64,000 nucleotides of DNA from the NCBI GenBank assembly GCA_947478395.1, contig CANJVR010000003.1:352001-416000 (forward strand), written 5' to 3'. The DNA is from Opitutia bacterium (lineage in GTDB: Bacteria; Verrucomicrobiota; Verrucomicrobiia; Opitutales; Opitutaceae). This document shows positions 56,568 through 64,000 of this stretch, in pieces. A program made the translations under genes and the position numbers. The stretch's first letter is position 1; the number at the start of each line of letters is the position of its first letter. Under the pieces are notes generated by a model. That model saw only the letters and a list, made by a program, of their open reading frames with translations. It had not been told where the DNA came from and did not search any database.

Positions 56568-57620
56568 ATGCCCCGCCTGCGCCTCGCCGTTTTTTTTGCC
56601 ATGCTCGCGCCCGTTTGGGGCGTGGAAGTCGCGGCGTCGCTTCCTTCGGCCGACCGTGCTCCGGTGCAGGCGAAACACGGGAGCGATGATTTTGTTTTCT
56701 CTCTCTGGCCAACGGCGTTTCAGCGTCATCCTCGGCTGGACTTTAATGTCGTCACCGAAATGACCGGGGCGGGCCGGAAATGGCCGGCGCCTTCGCCGAA
56801 GAACCCCGCTTACTATGTCGTGCAAGCAGGGCAGCCCTACAACGGCGGACTCATGGGCCCGGAAGGAAGTCTTGATCCGCGGGCCGGCCCGCAATTCTTC
56901 TCGGCGTTGGAAAGGGCATTGGGCGAAAATGGTTTTCGCCCGGCGGCAGGCACCGGTCAGAGCCCGACCATCGTGATTATTTATCAATATGGCGCGTATG
57001 CCTTCAATCCGCCGGTGACCACGGCCTCACCGATGTTGGGTGAGGTCGACAACGGCGCAGCCGATCCCGCTCTGCCCGAAGACGTCGCGCTGCCTGAGCG
57101 GGAAATTAGACGGGCCTTGCTGAATCGAGCCCTGCTCTTGGGCGGACGAAAATTTGCGGCGCAGATCGCCGACGCCATGGATCAGGTGGACGTGAAGGCC
57201 CGGCTGGAACGCGTGTTCGCCGCGCCCGACGGGGCGGAGGCTTCGGTCGGCAGCGTAGGGGCGTTGCTGCCGGATTCATTCGATCGTCTGCGGGCGCAGA
57301 GCGTGGCAATGGAACGGCTGGTCGAGGAATTGTTTGCGAGCAGCTATTTTGTTGTCGCTTCGGCCTACGACTACAAAGCACTCGCGAAAGGCGAACGGCG
57401 GCTGCTCTGGCGCACCAAGATGACGGTAAATTCAATGGGCGTTAACATGGCTGAAAGCCTGCCCCCACTCATCGCGAGTGCCGCCCCTTTTCTCGGCCGG
57501 GAGACGGCGGAGCCGGTGGCGATGACCAAACAAGTTTCCCGTTCGGGTCGCGTGGAGGTCGGCGCACCCACCGTGGACGAACGGGCGCCGGCGGCGCCCA
57601 ATCCGCTTCTGGCCCGATAA
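56568..57620 (+). CDS. Secreted hypothetical protein
   Basis: Signal peptide; 350 aa; YFVVASAYDY...LLWRTKMTV. Confidence 0.75.
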   Translation: MPRLRLAVFFAMLAPVWGVEVAASLPSADRAPVQAKHGSDDFVFSLWPTAFQRHPRLDFNVVTEMTGAGRKWPAPSPKNPAYYVVQAGQPYNGGLMGPEGSLDPRAGPQFFSALERALGENGFRPAAGTGQSPTIVIIYQYGAYAFNPPVTTASPMLGEVDNGAADPALPEDVALPEREIRRALLNRALLLGGRKFAAQIADAMDQVDVKARLERVFAAPDGAEASVGSVGALLPDSFDRLRAQSVAMERLVEELFASSYFVVASAYDYKALAKGERRLLWRTKMTVNSMGVNMAESLPPLIASAAPFLGRETAEPVAMTKQVSRSGRVEVGAPTVDERAPAAPNPLLAR

Positions 57621-57657
57621 ATTTTTTACCGAAGCGGAGATCGCTTCACGGAAAATT
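57621..57657. terminator. Possible bidirectional terminator between convergent genes
   Basis: ATTTTT-ACCGAAGCG...CGCTTCACGG-AAAAT imperfect hairpin. Confidence 0.45.
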
Positions 57658-57674
57658 CGGACGGGACGCCGGCG

Positions 57675-59144
57675 TCAGAGCAACCGCGCCGGCAGATATT
57701 CCGCCGAGCCTTTGTAACGTTTTGCGAGCGGTTTTACTGCGGTGATGAATGCGTCCACCTGGTGGGGCGCCGCGCCGACAAAACGGGCGTTTTCCGAGAG
57801 AATCGCTTGCAGCGCTTTTTTCCCGAGGCCCAAGCGGCGATCGCCGGCGAGGCGCGCGAGCAGATCGGCGTCGCCATTGCCCGAGCGGAGCGCTTTCGCC
57901 GCGGCGAGCGCGTGTTCCTTGATCGCTTCGTGCGCGGTTTCGCGACCCGCACCCTGTTTGACCGCTTCCATCAGAATGGTCGTGGTCGCGAGGAAGGGCA
58001 GATTGCGTTCGTTCTCCGCGCTGATCGCGGCCGGGAAAACCTCCATCTGGCGCAGCACGGTGAGATACGTCTCAAGCAGGCCATCGATCGCGAAGAAGGC
58101 GTCGGGCAACGCGACGCGGCGCACGACCGAACACGAAACATCGCCTTCGTTCCACTGGTGGCCGGCGAGGGCGCCCGTCATCGCAACGTAACCGGAAATG
58201 ATCGTGGAAAAACCGCAGATGCGCTCGCAGTTGCGCGCGTTTACCTTGTGCGGCATGGCCGACGAGCCGACCTGTCCGGCTTGAAAACCTTCGGTGAGCA
58301 GGCCGGCTCCCGCCATGAGGCGCAGCGTCGTGGCGAAACTGGCCGCGGCCGCTCCGATCTGGTGCAGCGCGGTGACCACTTCGAAATCCAAACTGCGCGG
58401 ATAGACCTGGCCGACGGCATCGAGCGACGCGCGGAACCCGAGGTGCTTGATCACGCGCGCCTCGAGATCGGCGACTTTGTGCGCGTCGCCGCCGAGCAGG
58501 GTGAGTTGGTCGAGTTGGGTGCCGACCGCACCCTTCAAGCCGCGCACCGGATAACGCTCGATCAACTCCGTGAGGCGCGTAAACGCCGCGAGCAACTCCT
58601 GGCCGAACATCGCGAAACGTTTGCCGAGGGTGGTCGGTTGAGCCGGAACGTTGTGCGTGCGGCCCGTGAGCATGAGATCGCGGTGCGCCTCCGCCTGACG
58701 CGAGAGCGCGAGGAGCGCGGCCGCAGTTTTAAAACGCACGACCTGCAGGCCGCGATAAATCTGGAGCTGCTCGACATTCTCCGTGAGGTCGCGACTCGTG
58801 AGTCCTAGGTGGATGAACTGGCGTTTGGCGAGTTCCGAAAACTCCTCGATGCGAGCTTTCACGTCATGGAGCGTGATGCGTTCGCGTTGGCCGATGGCGC
58901 CGAGGTCGATCTGTGATTTGACGCGTTCGTAGTCCTTGATCGCGTCGGCGGGAATCGGGACGCCGAGATCGCGCTGGGCCTTCATGACGGCGATCCAGAA
59001 ATCGCGTTCGAGCGCGACCCGCCCGTGCTGCGACCAGATGGCTTTCATCGCGGTCGACGCGTAGCGCTCGGCGAGGACGTTGGGGATCGCGGCCTCGGTT
59101 AGTTCAGGAGTGGCGGGCACAGCGGGAGCGATGGACGGCTTCAA
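57675..59144 (-). CDS. purB: Adenylosuccinate lyase
   Basis: RYAS, HDVKA, HLGLTS, GRTH, GSSAMPHKVN. Start uncertain. Confidence 0.95.
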   Translation of the reverse strand: MKPSIAPAVPATPELTEAAIPNVLAERYASTAMKAIWSQHGRVALERDFWIAVMKAQRDLGVPIPADAIKDYERVKSQIDLGAIGQRERITLHDVKARIEEFSELAKRQFIHLGLTSRDLTENVEQLQIYRGLQVVRFKTAAALLALSRQAEAHRDLMLTGRTHNVPAQPTTLGKRFAMFGQELLAAFTRLTELIERYPVRGLKGAVGTQLDQLTLLGGDAHKVADLEARVIKHLGFRASLDAVGQVYPRSLDFEVVTALHQIGAAAASFATTLRLMAGAGLLTEGFQAGQVGSSAMPHKVNARNCERICGFSTIISGYVAMTGALAGHQWNEGDVSCSVVRRVALPDAFFAIDGLLETYLTVLRQMEVFPAAISAENERNLPFLATTTILMEAVKQGAGRETAHEAIKEHALAAAKALRSGNGDADLLARLAGDRRLGLGKKALQAILSENARFVGAAPHQVDAFITAVKPLAKRYKGSAEYLPARLL

Positions 59145-59297
59145 GGGATGGGGATTACACCGAGAGAAGAACCATGGGCAAACGGGAAAATGCCAGAGCG
59201 GTTCTTCCAGGAGGACGCCTCGACCAGGAATGGCGCGGGATCAGTCGCGAGGCGCCAGGATGGGTTAAGCCATGGCGCGCCCCTGAAACGGCACGGC

Positions 59298-60401
59298 TTA
59301 CGCCGCCAGACAGCGCACCGTCATTTCGCGGAGCACTTCTTCCTGTTCGTTGGAACGGCGGATGATCGTTTCGAAGGCGGAGATGAATTCCTGCTGGTTG
59401 TCGATCAGCCGGCGTAGCGAGGGGAGTTTCGCCGAGCCGGCGAGTTTTCCGACGTACCACGCGTTTTGCGTGAAGAGATTATAAGAACTCTTCTCCGTCG
59501 CGCCGATGAAATGATTTCCATATGCCGCCTGCGCGCGTGGCAGGCCGTCGAGCCCGCGCGGCCCGAGGCGCACGTCGCCGCTGTCGACGAGCGCGCGCAC
59601 TTGGAGAAGAATGCGGTTCCGATTCTGCAGGGCGCTGATGATCGGGCGCGCGTCGCCGCCGGAGAAAAAGTGGCGATGGAGCGCGGCGAGCGTCCACCTC
59701 AAGTCACCGCTGAAAAACGCCTCGGCGGCCTCAAAAAAATCGCCCTCCGCCACGTTCGGGGTGAGCTCCGCCACGTGGGCCTCCTCAATTTTCGCGCCGT
59801 TTTCTGCGCCAGCGTAGGTCGCCAGTTTGCGCGTTTCCTCGACGACGAGGCGCGTGTTCGCGCCGACTTTCGCGAGTAGCAGCTCAAGCGCACCCGGGGC
59901 AAACGCGATGCCGAGGGAGCGGGCTTCGGCCAGCGCGACGCCCGCGAGCGCCTCACCGGCATCGTCGCCGTCGCCTCCCGCCAGCGCGAAGTCGGCATTT
60001 TTCTCGCACCATTTGGGAAACGAGCGGCGGCGATCCACCGGCGAGGCCGTGATGAGCACGCTCGTTTCGGCCGGATTCAAACCTTCGAGCAGTTGTTGCA
60101 GATCCTCGACGAGTTTTAGCGTGCCCTCGGCGCGGCCGGTTGGGGTGTCGGCGAGAAAGTTGACGTCCTTCAACCACACCACGCGTTTGCCACCGAACAT
60201 CGAGACCGTCTGCACGCTTTCCCGAAAGCGGTTCAACGCCGTCTCAACCTCGCCCATATTTGCGGCGAATCCGTTGATGGTTTCGCGGGAAAACTCATCC
60301 GCGACATCGGCGGTGAGTGCGGCGAATCGTTCCGCGCCCATCCGGCCGACGAGATAATCGTCGCCGCCGCAGATGAACGTGAAATTTTTCGCCGGAGCCA
60401 T
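59298..60401 (-). CDS. holA: DNA polymerase III delta subunit
   Basis: FICGGDDYLV, SMFGGKRVVWLKD, ETRKLATY. Confidence 0.85.
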   Translation of the reverse strand: MAPAKNFTFICGGDDYLVGRMGAERFAALTADVADEFSRETINGFAANMGEVETALNRFRESVQTVSMFGGKRVVWLKDVNFLADTPTGRAEGTLKLVEDLQQLLEGLNPAETSVLITASPVDRRRSFPKWCEKNADFALAGGDGDDAGEALAGVALAEARSLGIAFAPGALELLLAKVGANTRLVVEETRKLATYAGAENGAKIEEAHVAELTPNVAEGDFFEAAEAFFSGDLRWTLAALHRHFFSGGDARPIISALQNRNRILLQVRALVDSGDVRLGPRGLDGLPRAQAAYGNHFIGATEKSSYNLFTQNAWYVGKLAGSAKLPSLRRLIDNQQEFISAFETIIRRSNEQEEVLREMTVRCLAA

Positions 60402-60494
60402 AGGCCCTGATATGGCGTGGAAGGCGCGACGGGCGCACGAAAAAAATCGCCAGTGGTTCCGGCGTGCGCTGAATCAGCGTGATCTTTTCGTTTG

Positions 60495-62198
60495 ATGTTC
60501 ACTGAACCTCCACGCCCGCCGACCGCCCCCGTGTCGTGGCGGCGCGATCTGCTCCTGCTCACGCTCGCATTCGGCCTGCTTTTTGCGTTCCGGCTGGGCA
60601 GTTACCCGCTGAGCAATCCGGACGAGGGGCGTTACGCCGAAATCCCGCGCGAGATGGTCGCGGGCGGCGACTGGATCACGCCGCGGCTCGACGGCATTAA
60701 CTACTTCGAGAAGCCGCCGTTGGTCTACTGGACCACCGCGCTGTGCCTGAAATTTTTCGGCCCTAGCGAGTGGTCGATGCGCGCGACCCCAGCGCTGTTT
60801 GCGCTCGCGGGCGTGTTGCTGACTTATGGAGCGGCGCGTAAACTTCACGGCCGCGCGGCCGGCCTCGGCGCGGCGGTGGTCTTGGGGACGTCGATTCTCT
60901 GGTTCGTGCTGGGGCGGATCATGCTGCTCGACATGGCGGTGTCTGTTTTGATGAGTGCGACGTTGTTCTGTTTTATCCTCGCGGTGCGTGAGCCCGCGGG
61001 AGCGACGCGGCGGTGGCTGTTTTACGGGCTCTATGCGAGCGCCGCGCTCGCGACGCTGACGAAGGGGCTGATCGGATTTCTCGTCACGGGGGCGGTAATG
61101 TTTCTCTGGCTCTTGGTTTTCAACCAATGGAAACGGCTGCGACCGATGCATCTGCCCTCGGGCATCGCGCTGTTTCTGGCGATCGCGGCGCCGTGGCATC
61201 TCCTCGCCGCCTCGCACAATGAAACTTGGGTTCACCGTTACTTGGTCTACGAGCACTGGGAACGTTTCACGTCTCCCGCCGCCTCCCGGCCCGGCGCATG
61301 GTGGTATTTCATCCCCATCGTTCTCGGCGGCCTGATCCCGTGGAGCGGGTTTCTATTCTCCGCGGTACGCGATGGACTCCGCGGCGGCTGGGCGAAGCGC
61401 GAGGAGAACGGCGTCGCCTGGTTTTTGGTCACGTGGGCCGGTTTCATTTTTTTATTTTTCACCAAGTCGCACTCGAAACTCGCGCCTTACATTTTGCCGA
61501 TTTTCCCGGCCCTGGCGGTGCTGGTCGGCGGTTGGCTCGCGCGCCTGCCGCTGGGCCGGGCCGGGGCGGCGCGGGCGCGGGTGGGCCTGGGCGTATTTTC
61601 GTTTTTCTGCGGCCTGCTGGCGGCGGCGCTTTGCGTGTTGGTGTTGCGGCCGGCCTTGGTCCGCATGGCGCCGGAACAGGCGCTGGCGCTGCGCCCCCCC
61701 GCATTGACCATGGCGGTCGTGCTGGCGCTCGGCGGAATCCTGGCGCCTTGGTGGGCGAAGGTCCGGGGCATGCGCGCCGCCATGGGTGTGATCGTCGCGA
61801 CGATGGCGGTTTTTTTCGGCACGCTGATGTTTGCGGCGCCGGACATTTCGAAGCCCGGCACCAAACCGCTGGCCTTGCTCGTCAAGGCGCGCGCGTTACC
61901 GGGCGATCGCGTCGTGCACTATCACGAATTTTTCCACGACTTCACGTTTTATGCGGAGCGCGTGGTGGATACCGTGGCATTCAAGGGCGAACTCGAACTC
62001 GAGGAGGACGCCGCCGCGCGTGCGACCGGGCGCTACGATATGAAGGAGGCGGCGTTCCGCGCGCTCTGGAGCGGATCGGGCCGGGTGTGGGCCGTCGCGC
62101 GCAAGAAGGATCTCAAGGAACTTTTTGCCGACACCGCGTTTCGTTATCATTTGATCGCGGAAACCCCCGATCACATCCTTTTCAGCAATCAACCCTGA
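60495..62198 (+). CDS. arnT: ArnT-like 4-amino-4-deoxy-L-arabinose transferase (GT83/GT39)
   Basis: PDEGRYAEIPREM, YFEKPPL, LTKGLIG, SKLAPYILP; upstream of arnB/arnC. Confidence 0.85.
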   Translation: MFTEPPRPPTAPVSWRRDLLLLTLAFGLLFAFRLGSYPLSNPDEGRYAEIPREMVAGGDWITPRLDGINYFEKPPLVYWTTALCLKFFGPSEWSMRATPALFALAGVLLTYGAARKLHGRAAGLGAAVVLGTSILWFVLGRIMLLDMAVSVLMSATLFCFILAVREPAGATRRWLFYGLYASAALATLTKGLIGFLVTGAVMFLWLLVFNQWKRLRPMHLPSGIALFLAIAAPWHLLAASHNETWVHRYLVYEHWERFTSPAASRPGAWWYFIPIVLGGLIPWSGFLFSAVRDGLRGGWAKREENGVAWFLVTWAGFIFLFFTKSHSKLAPYILPIFPALAVLVGGWLARLPLGRAGAARARVGLGVFSFFCGLLAAALCVLVLRPALVRMAPEQALALRPPALTMAVVLALGGILAPWWAKVRGMRAAMGVIVATMAVFFGTLMFAAPDISKPGTKPLALLVKARALPGDRVVHYHEFFHDFTFYAERVVDTVAFKGELELEEDAAARATGRYDMKEAAFRALWSGSGRVWAVARKKDLKELFADTAFRYHLIAETPDHILFSNQP

Positions 62199-62199
62199 T

Positions 62200-63390
62200 A
62201 TGTCCGCTCTCGCATCGACGACCGCTCCCGCCGCTTTGGCTCCGCCCGCGCTGCCTTATCTTCCCCTCACGCGCCCGACGATCGACGAGGAAACGATTGC
62301 CGGCGTCTGCGAAGTGCTGCGCTCGGGCTGGATCACGTCCGGCCCCAACGTAAAAGCCCTCGAGGGAAAACTCTCCGAATATTTCGGCGGCCGGCCGGTG
62401 CGCGTATTCAACTCCGGCACCTGCACGATGGAAATCGCCCTGCGCATCGCGGGCGTTGGCGCCGGTCACGAGGTCATCACCACGCCGTTGTCGTGGGTCG
62501 CGACGAGCAACGTCATCCTCGAAGTCGGCGCCAAGCCGGTGTTCGTCGATATCGATCCCGTCACGCGCAATCTCGATCTGGATCGCGTCGAGGCGGCCAT
62601 CACACCGGCCACACGCGCGATCATCCCCGTCGATCTCGCTGGGCTGCCGGTCGATCGCGACCGTCTCTATGCGATCGCGAAAAAGCATAATCTTCGCGTC
62701 GTCGAGGATGCCGCGCAATCGATGGGCACGACGTGGCAGGGCCAACGCATCGGCGGGTTCGGCGATTTTGTGTCGTTCAGTTTTCATCCGAATAAAAACA
62801 TCACGACGATCGAGGGCGGTTGTCTCGTGATGAACACCGAAGCCGAGGCCAAGCTCGCCGAGCAATACCGCTTGCAGGGCGTGGTGCGCTCGGGCTTCGA
62901 CGGCATGGAGGTCGAGGTGGTCGGCGGGAAATTTAATCTCACGGACGTAGCCGCGCGCGTGGGCCTCGGGCAATTGCCGCGGCTGGAAGAGTTCAACGCG
63001 AAGCGCCGCGAGCTGGCGCGGGCCTATTTCGATGAATTTGCCGCACCCGGCGTCGCGGCCGCCGGGCTCGGCCTGCCGGTCGCTGATTTCAAACAGAGCA
63101 ACTGGCACATGTTTCAAGTCATGCTGCCCGCGGCGCGGCTCACGCTGACCCGCGCCGAAGTCATGGCGAAATTGCACGCGGCCGGCGTCGGTAGCGGGGT
63201 GCATTACCCGCCGATTCATCTTTTCGCGATTTATCGCCGGCTCGGCTGGAAAGAGGGCGATTGCCCGCAGGCCGAGGCGGTGGGCCGCAGCATTCTCACG
63301 CTGCCGCTTTTCCCGACGATGGCCCGGAGCGACGTCACGCGCGTGGTCAACGCGCTGGTCAAGATTCTGGCCGACCATAAAAAAGCATGA
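62200..63390 (+). CDS. arnB: ArnB/DegT family PLP aminotransferase
   Basis: SGWITSGP, EDAAQ, FSFHPNKNITTIEGG, GVHY, LTLPLFP. Confidence 0.85.
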   Translation: MSALASTTAPAALAPPALPYLPLTRPTIDEETIAGVCEVLRSGWITSGPNVKALEGKLSEYFGGRPVRVFNSGTCTMEIALRIAGVGAGHEVITTPLSWVATSNVILEVGAKPVFVDIDPVTRNLDLDRVEAAITPATRAIIPVDLAGLPVDRDRLYAIAKKHNLRVVEDAAQSMGTTWQGQRIGGFGDFVSFSFHPNKNITTIEGGCLVMNTEAEAKLAEQYRLQGVVRSGFDGMEVEVVGGKFNLTDVAARVGLGQLPRLEEFNAKRRELARAYFDEFAAPGVAAAGLGLPVADFKQSNWHMFQVMLPAARLTLTRAEVMAKLHAAGVGSGVHYPPIHLFAIYRRLGWKEGDCPQAEAVGRSILTLPLFPTMARSDVTRVVNALVKILADHKKA

Positions 63391-64000
63391 CTGCGCCGAA
63401 CCATCTCCCGCTTTCCATCGTAATCCCCGTTTACAACGAGGAGCTGAATCTGCCGACCCTCTTCGCGCGGCTTTATCCCGCGCTCGATGCGCTCGGGCGC
63501 CGGTATGAAATCATTTTCACCAACGACGGTTCGCACGACCGGTCGATCGAGTTGCTCAAGGCGCAATACGCGGCGCGGCCCGATGTGACGCGCGTCATCG
63601 ATTTCAACGCCAACTACGGCCAGCACATGGCGATCATGGCCGCGTTTGAGCGGGTGCGCGGCGACGTGATCGTGACCCTCGATGCTGATCTGCAAAATCC
63701 GCCCGAGGAAATCCACAAACTGCTGGAAAAAATCGACGCCGGCCACGACTACGTGGGCGGCTACCGGCTGGAGCGGCAGGATTCGTTTTTTCGGAAATAC
63801 GCCTCGAAGCTGATCAATTTTGTGCGCGAGAAAACCACGAGCATCGAAATGACAGATCAAGGTTGCATGCTCCGCGCCTACTCGCGCCCGATCATCGACG
63901 CGATCGTGCGCAGCGGCGCGATCAATACGTTCATCCCCGCGCTCGCCTACAGTTTTTCGGGCCATCCGGCGGAAGTAGGGGTGAAACACGAGGAGCGCCA
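63387..64000 (+). CDS. arnC: ArnC-like GT2 undecaprenyl-phosphate glycosyltransferase, runs off window
   Basis: LSIVIPVYNEE, NDGSHD, NYGQHMAI, LDADLQNPPEEI; ATGA overlap with arnB. Confidence 0.88.
   Translation, partial: MTAPNHLPLSIVIPVYNEELNLPTLFARLYPALDALGRRYEIIFTNDGSHDRSIELLKAQYAARPDVTRVIDFNANYGQHMAIMAAFERVRGDVIVTLDADLQNPPEEIHKLLEKIDAGHDYVGGYRLERQDSFFRKYASKLINFVREKTTSIEMTDQGCMLRAYSRPIIDAIVRSGAINTFIPALAYSFSGHPAEVGVKHEER

Noticed and set aside
1..64000. CRISPR array, rRNA, retron/defence or toxin-antitoxin pairs
   Set aside because: No regularly spaced direct repeats, rRNA signatures, cas/RT genes or paired TA genes seen.

Overview
GC-rich bacterial chromosomal window. Gene style (Opitutus-type LacI, CcoNO fusion, CE15/SGNH esterases, leaders mostly lacking Shine-Dalgarno sites) suggests Verrucomicrobiota/Opitutaceae; this is inference. 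Housekeeping genes (uvrC, cinA, purC, tRNA-Glu, pfk, purB, holA, arnT-arnB-arnC) surround two accessory blocks. Block 1 (about 8.6-29.9 kb, directly after tRNA-Glu) looks like a low-oxygen/dormancy island. It holds an Aer/NifL-type PAS kinase four-gene phosphorelay ending in a NarL-type regulator, a PocR-AraC regulator with an ECF sigma factor, and ribosome/stress genes (ElaB/YqjD-E-K, a HicA-like/release-factor-like fusion, a single-Cys DksA, DUF2934). It also has a nitroreductase and a full cbb3 oxidase operon, with no FNR/FixK gene in the window and no FNR box at the cco promoter. I found two independent conserved promoter motifs in it by eye: a 44-bp motif in 2 copies, and a 41-bp motif with 21-bp periodicity in 3 copies. 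Together they suggest a sensor -> NarL -> PocR-AraC -> cbb3/DksA/nitroreductase cascade, the best candidate for an undescribed system here. Block 2 (about 31.4-43.2 kb) is a PepSY/two-component system divergent from a TonB receptor-YncE-TolC-MFP-CzcA/CusA RND module carrying two CusR-type boxes. Also present: three distinct GTAG/GTGG REP doublets (one possibly translated inside ccoI), decayed dinD and ORF6N genes, and a Rieske plus cytochrome b6-subunit IV-dihaem c fusion. No database searches were run; calls rest on motif recognition.
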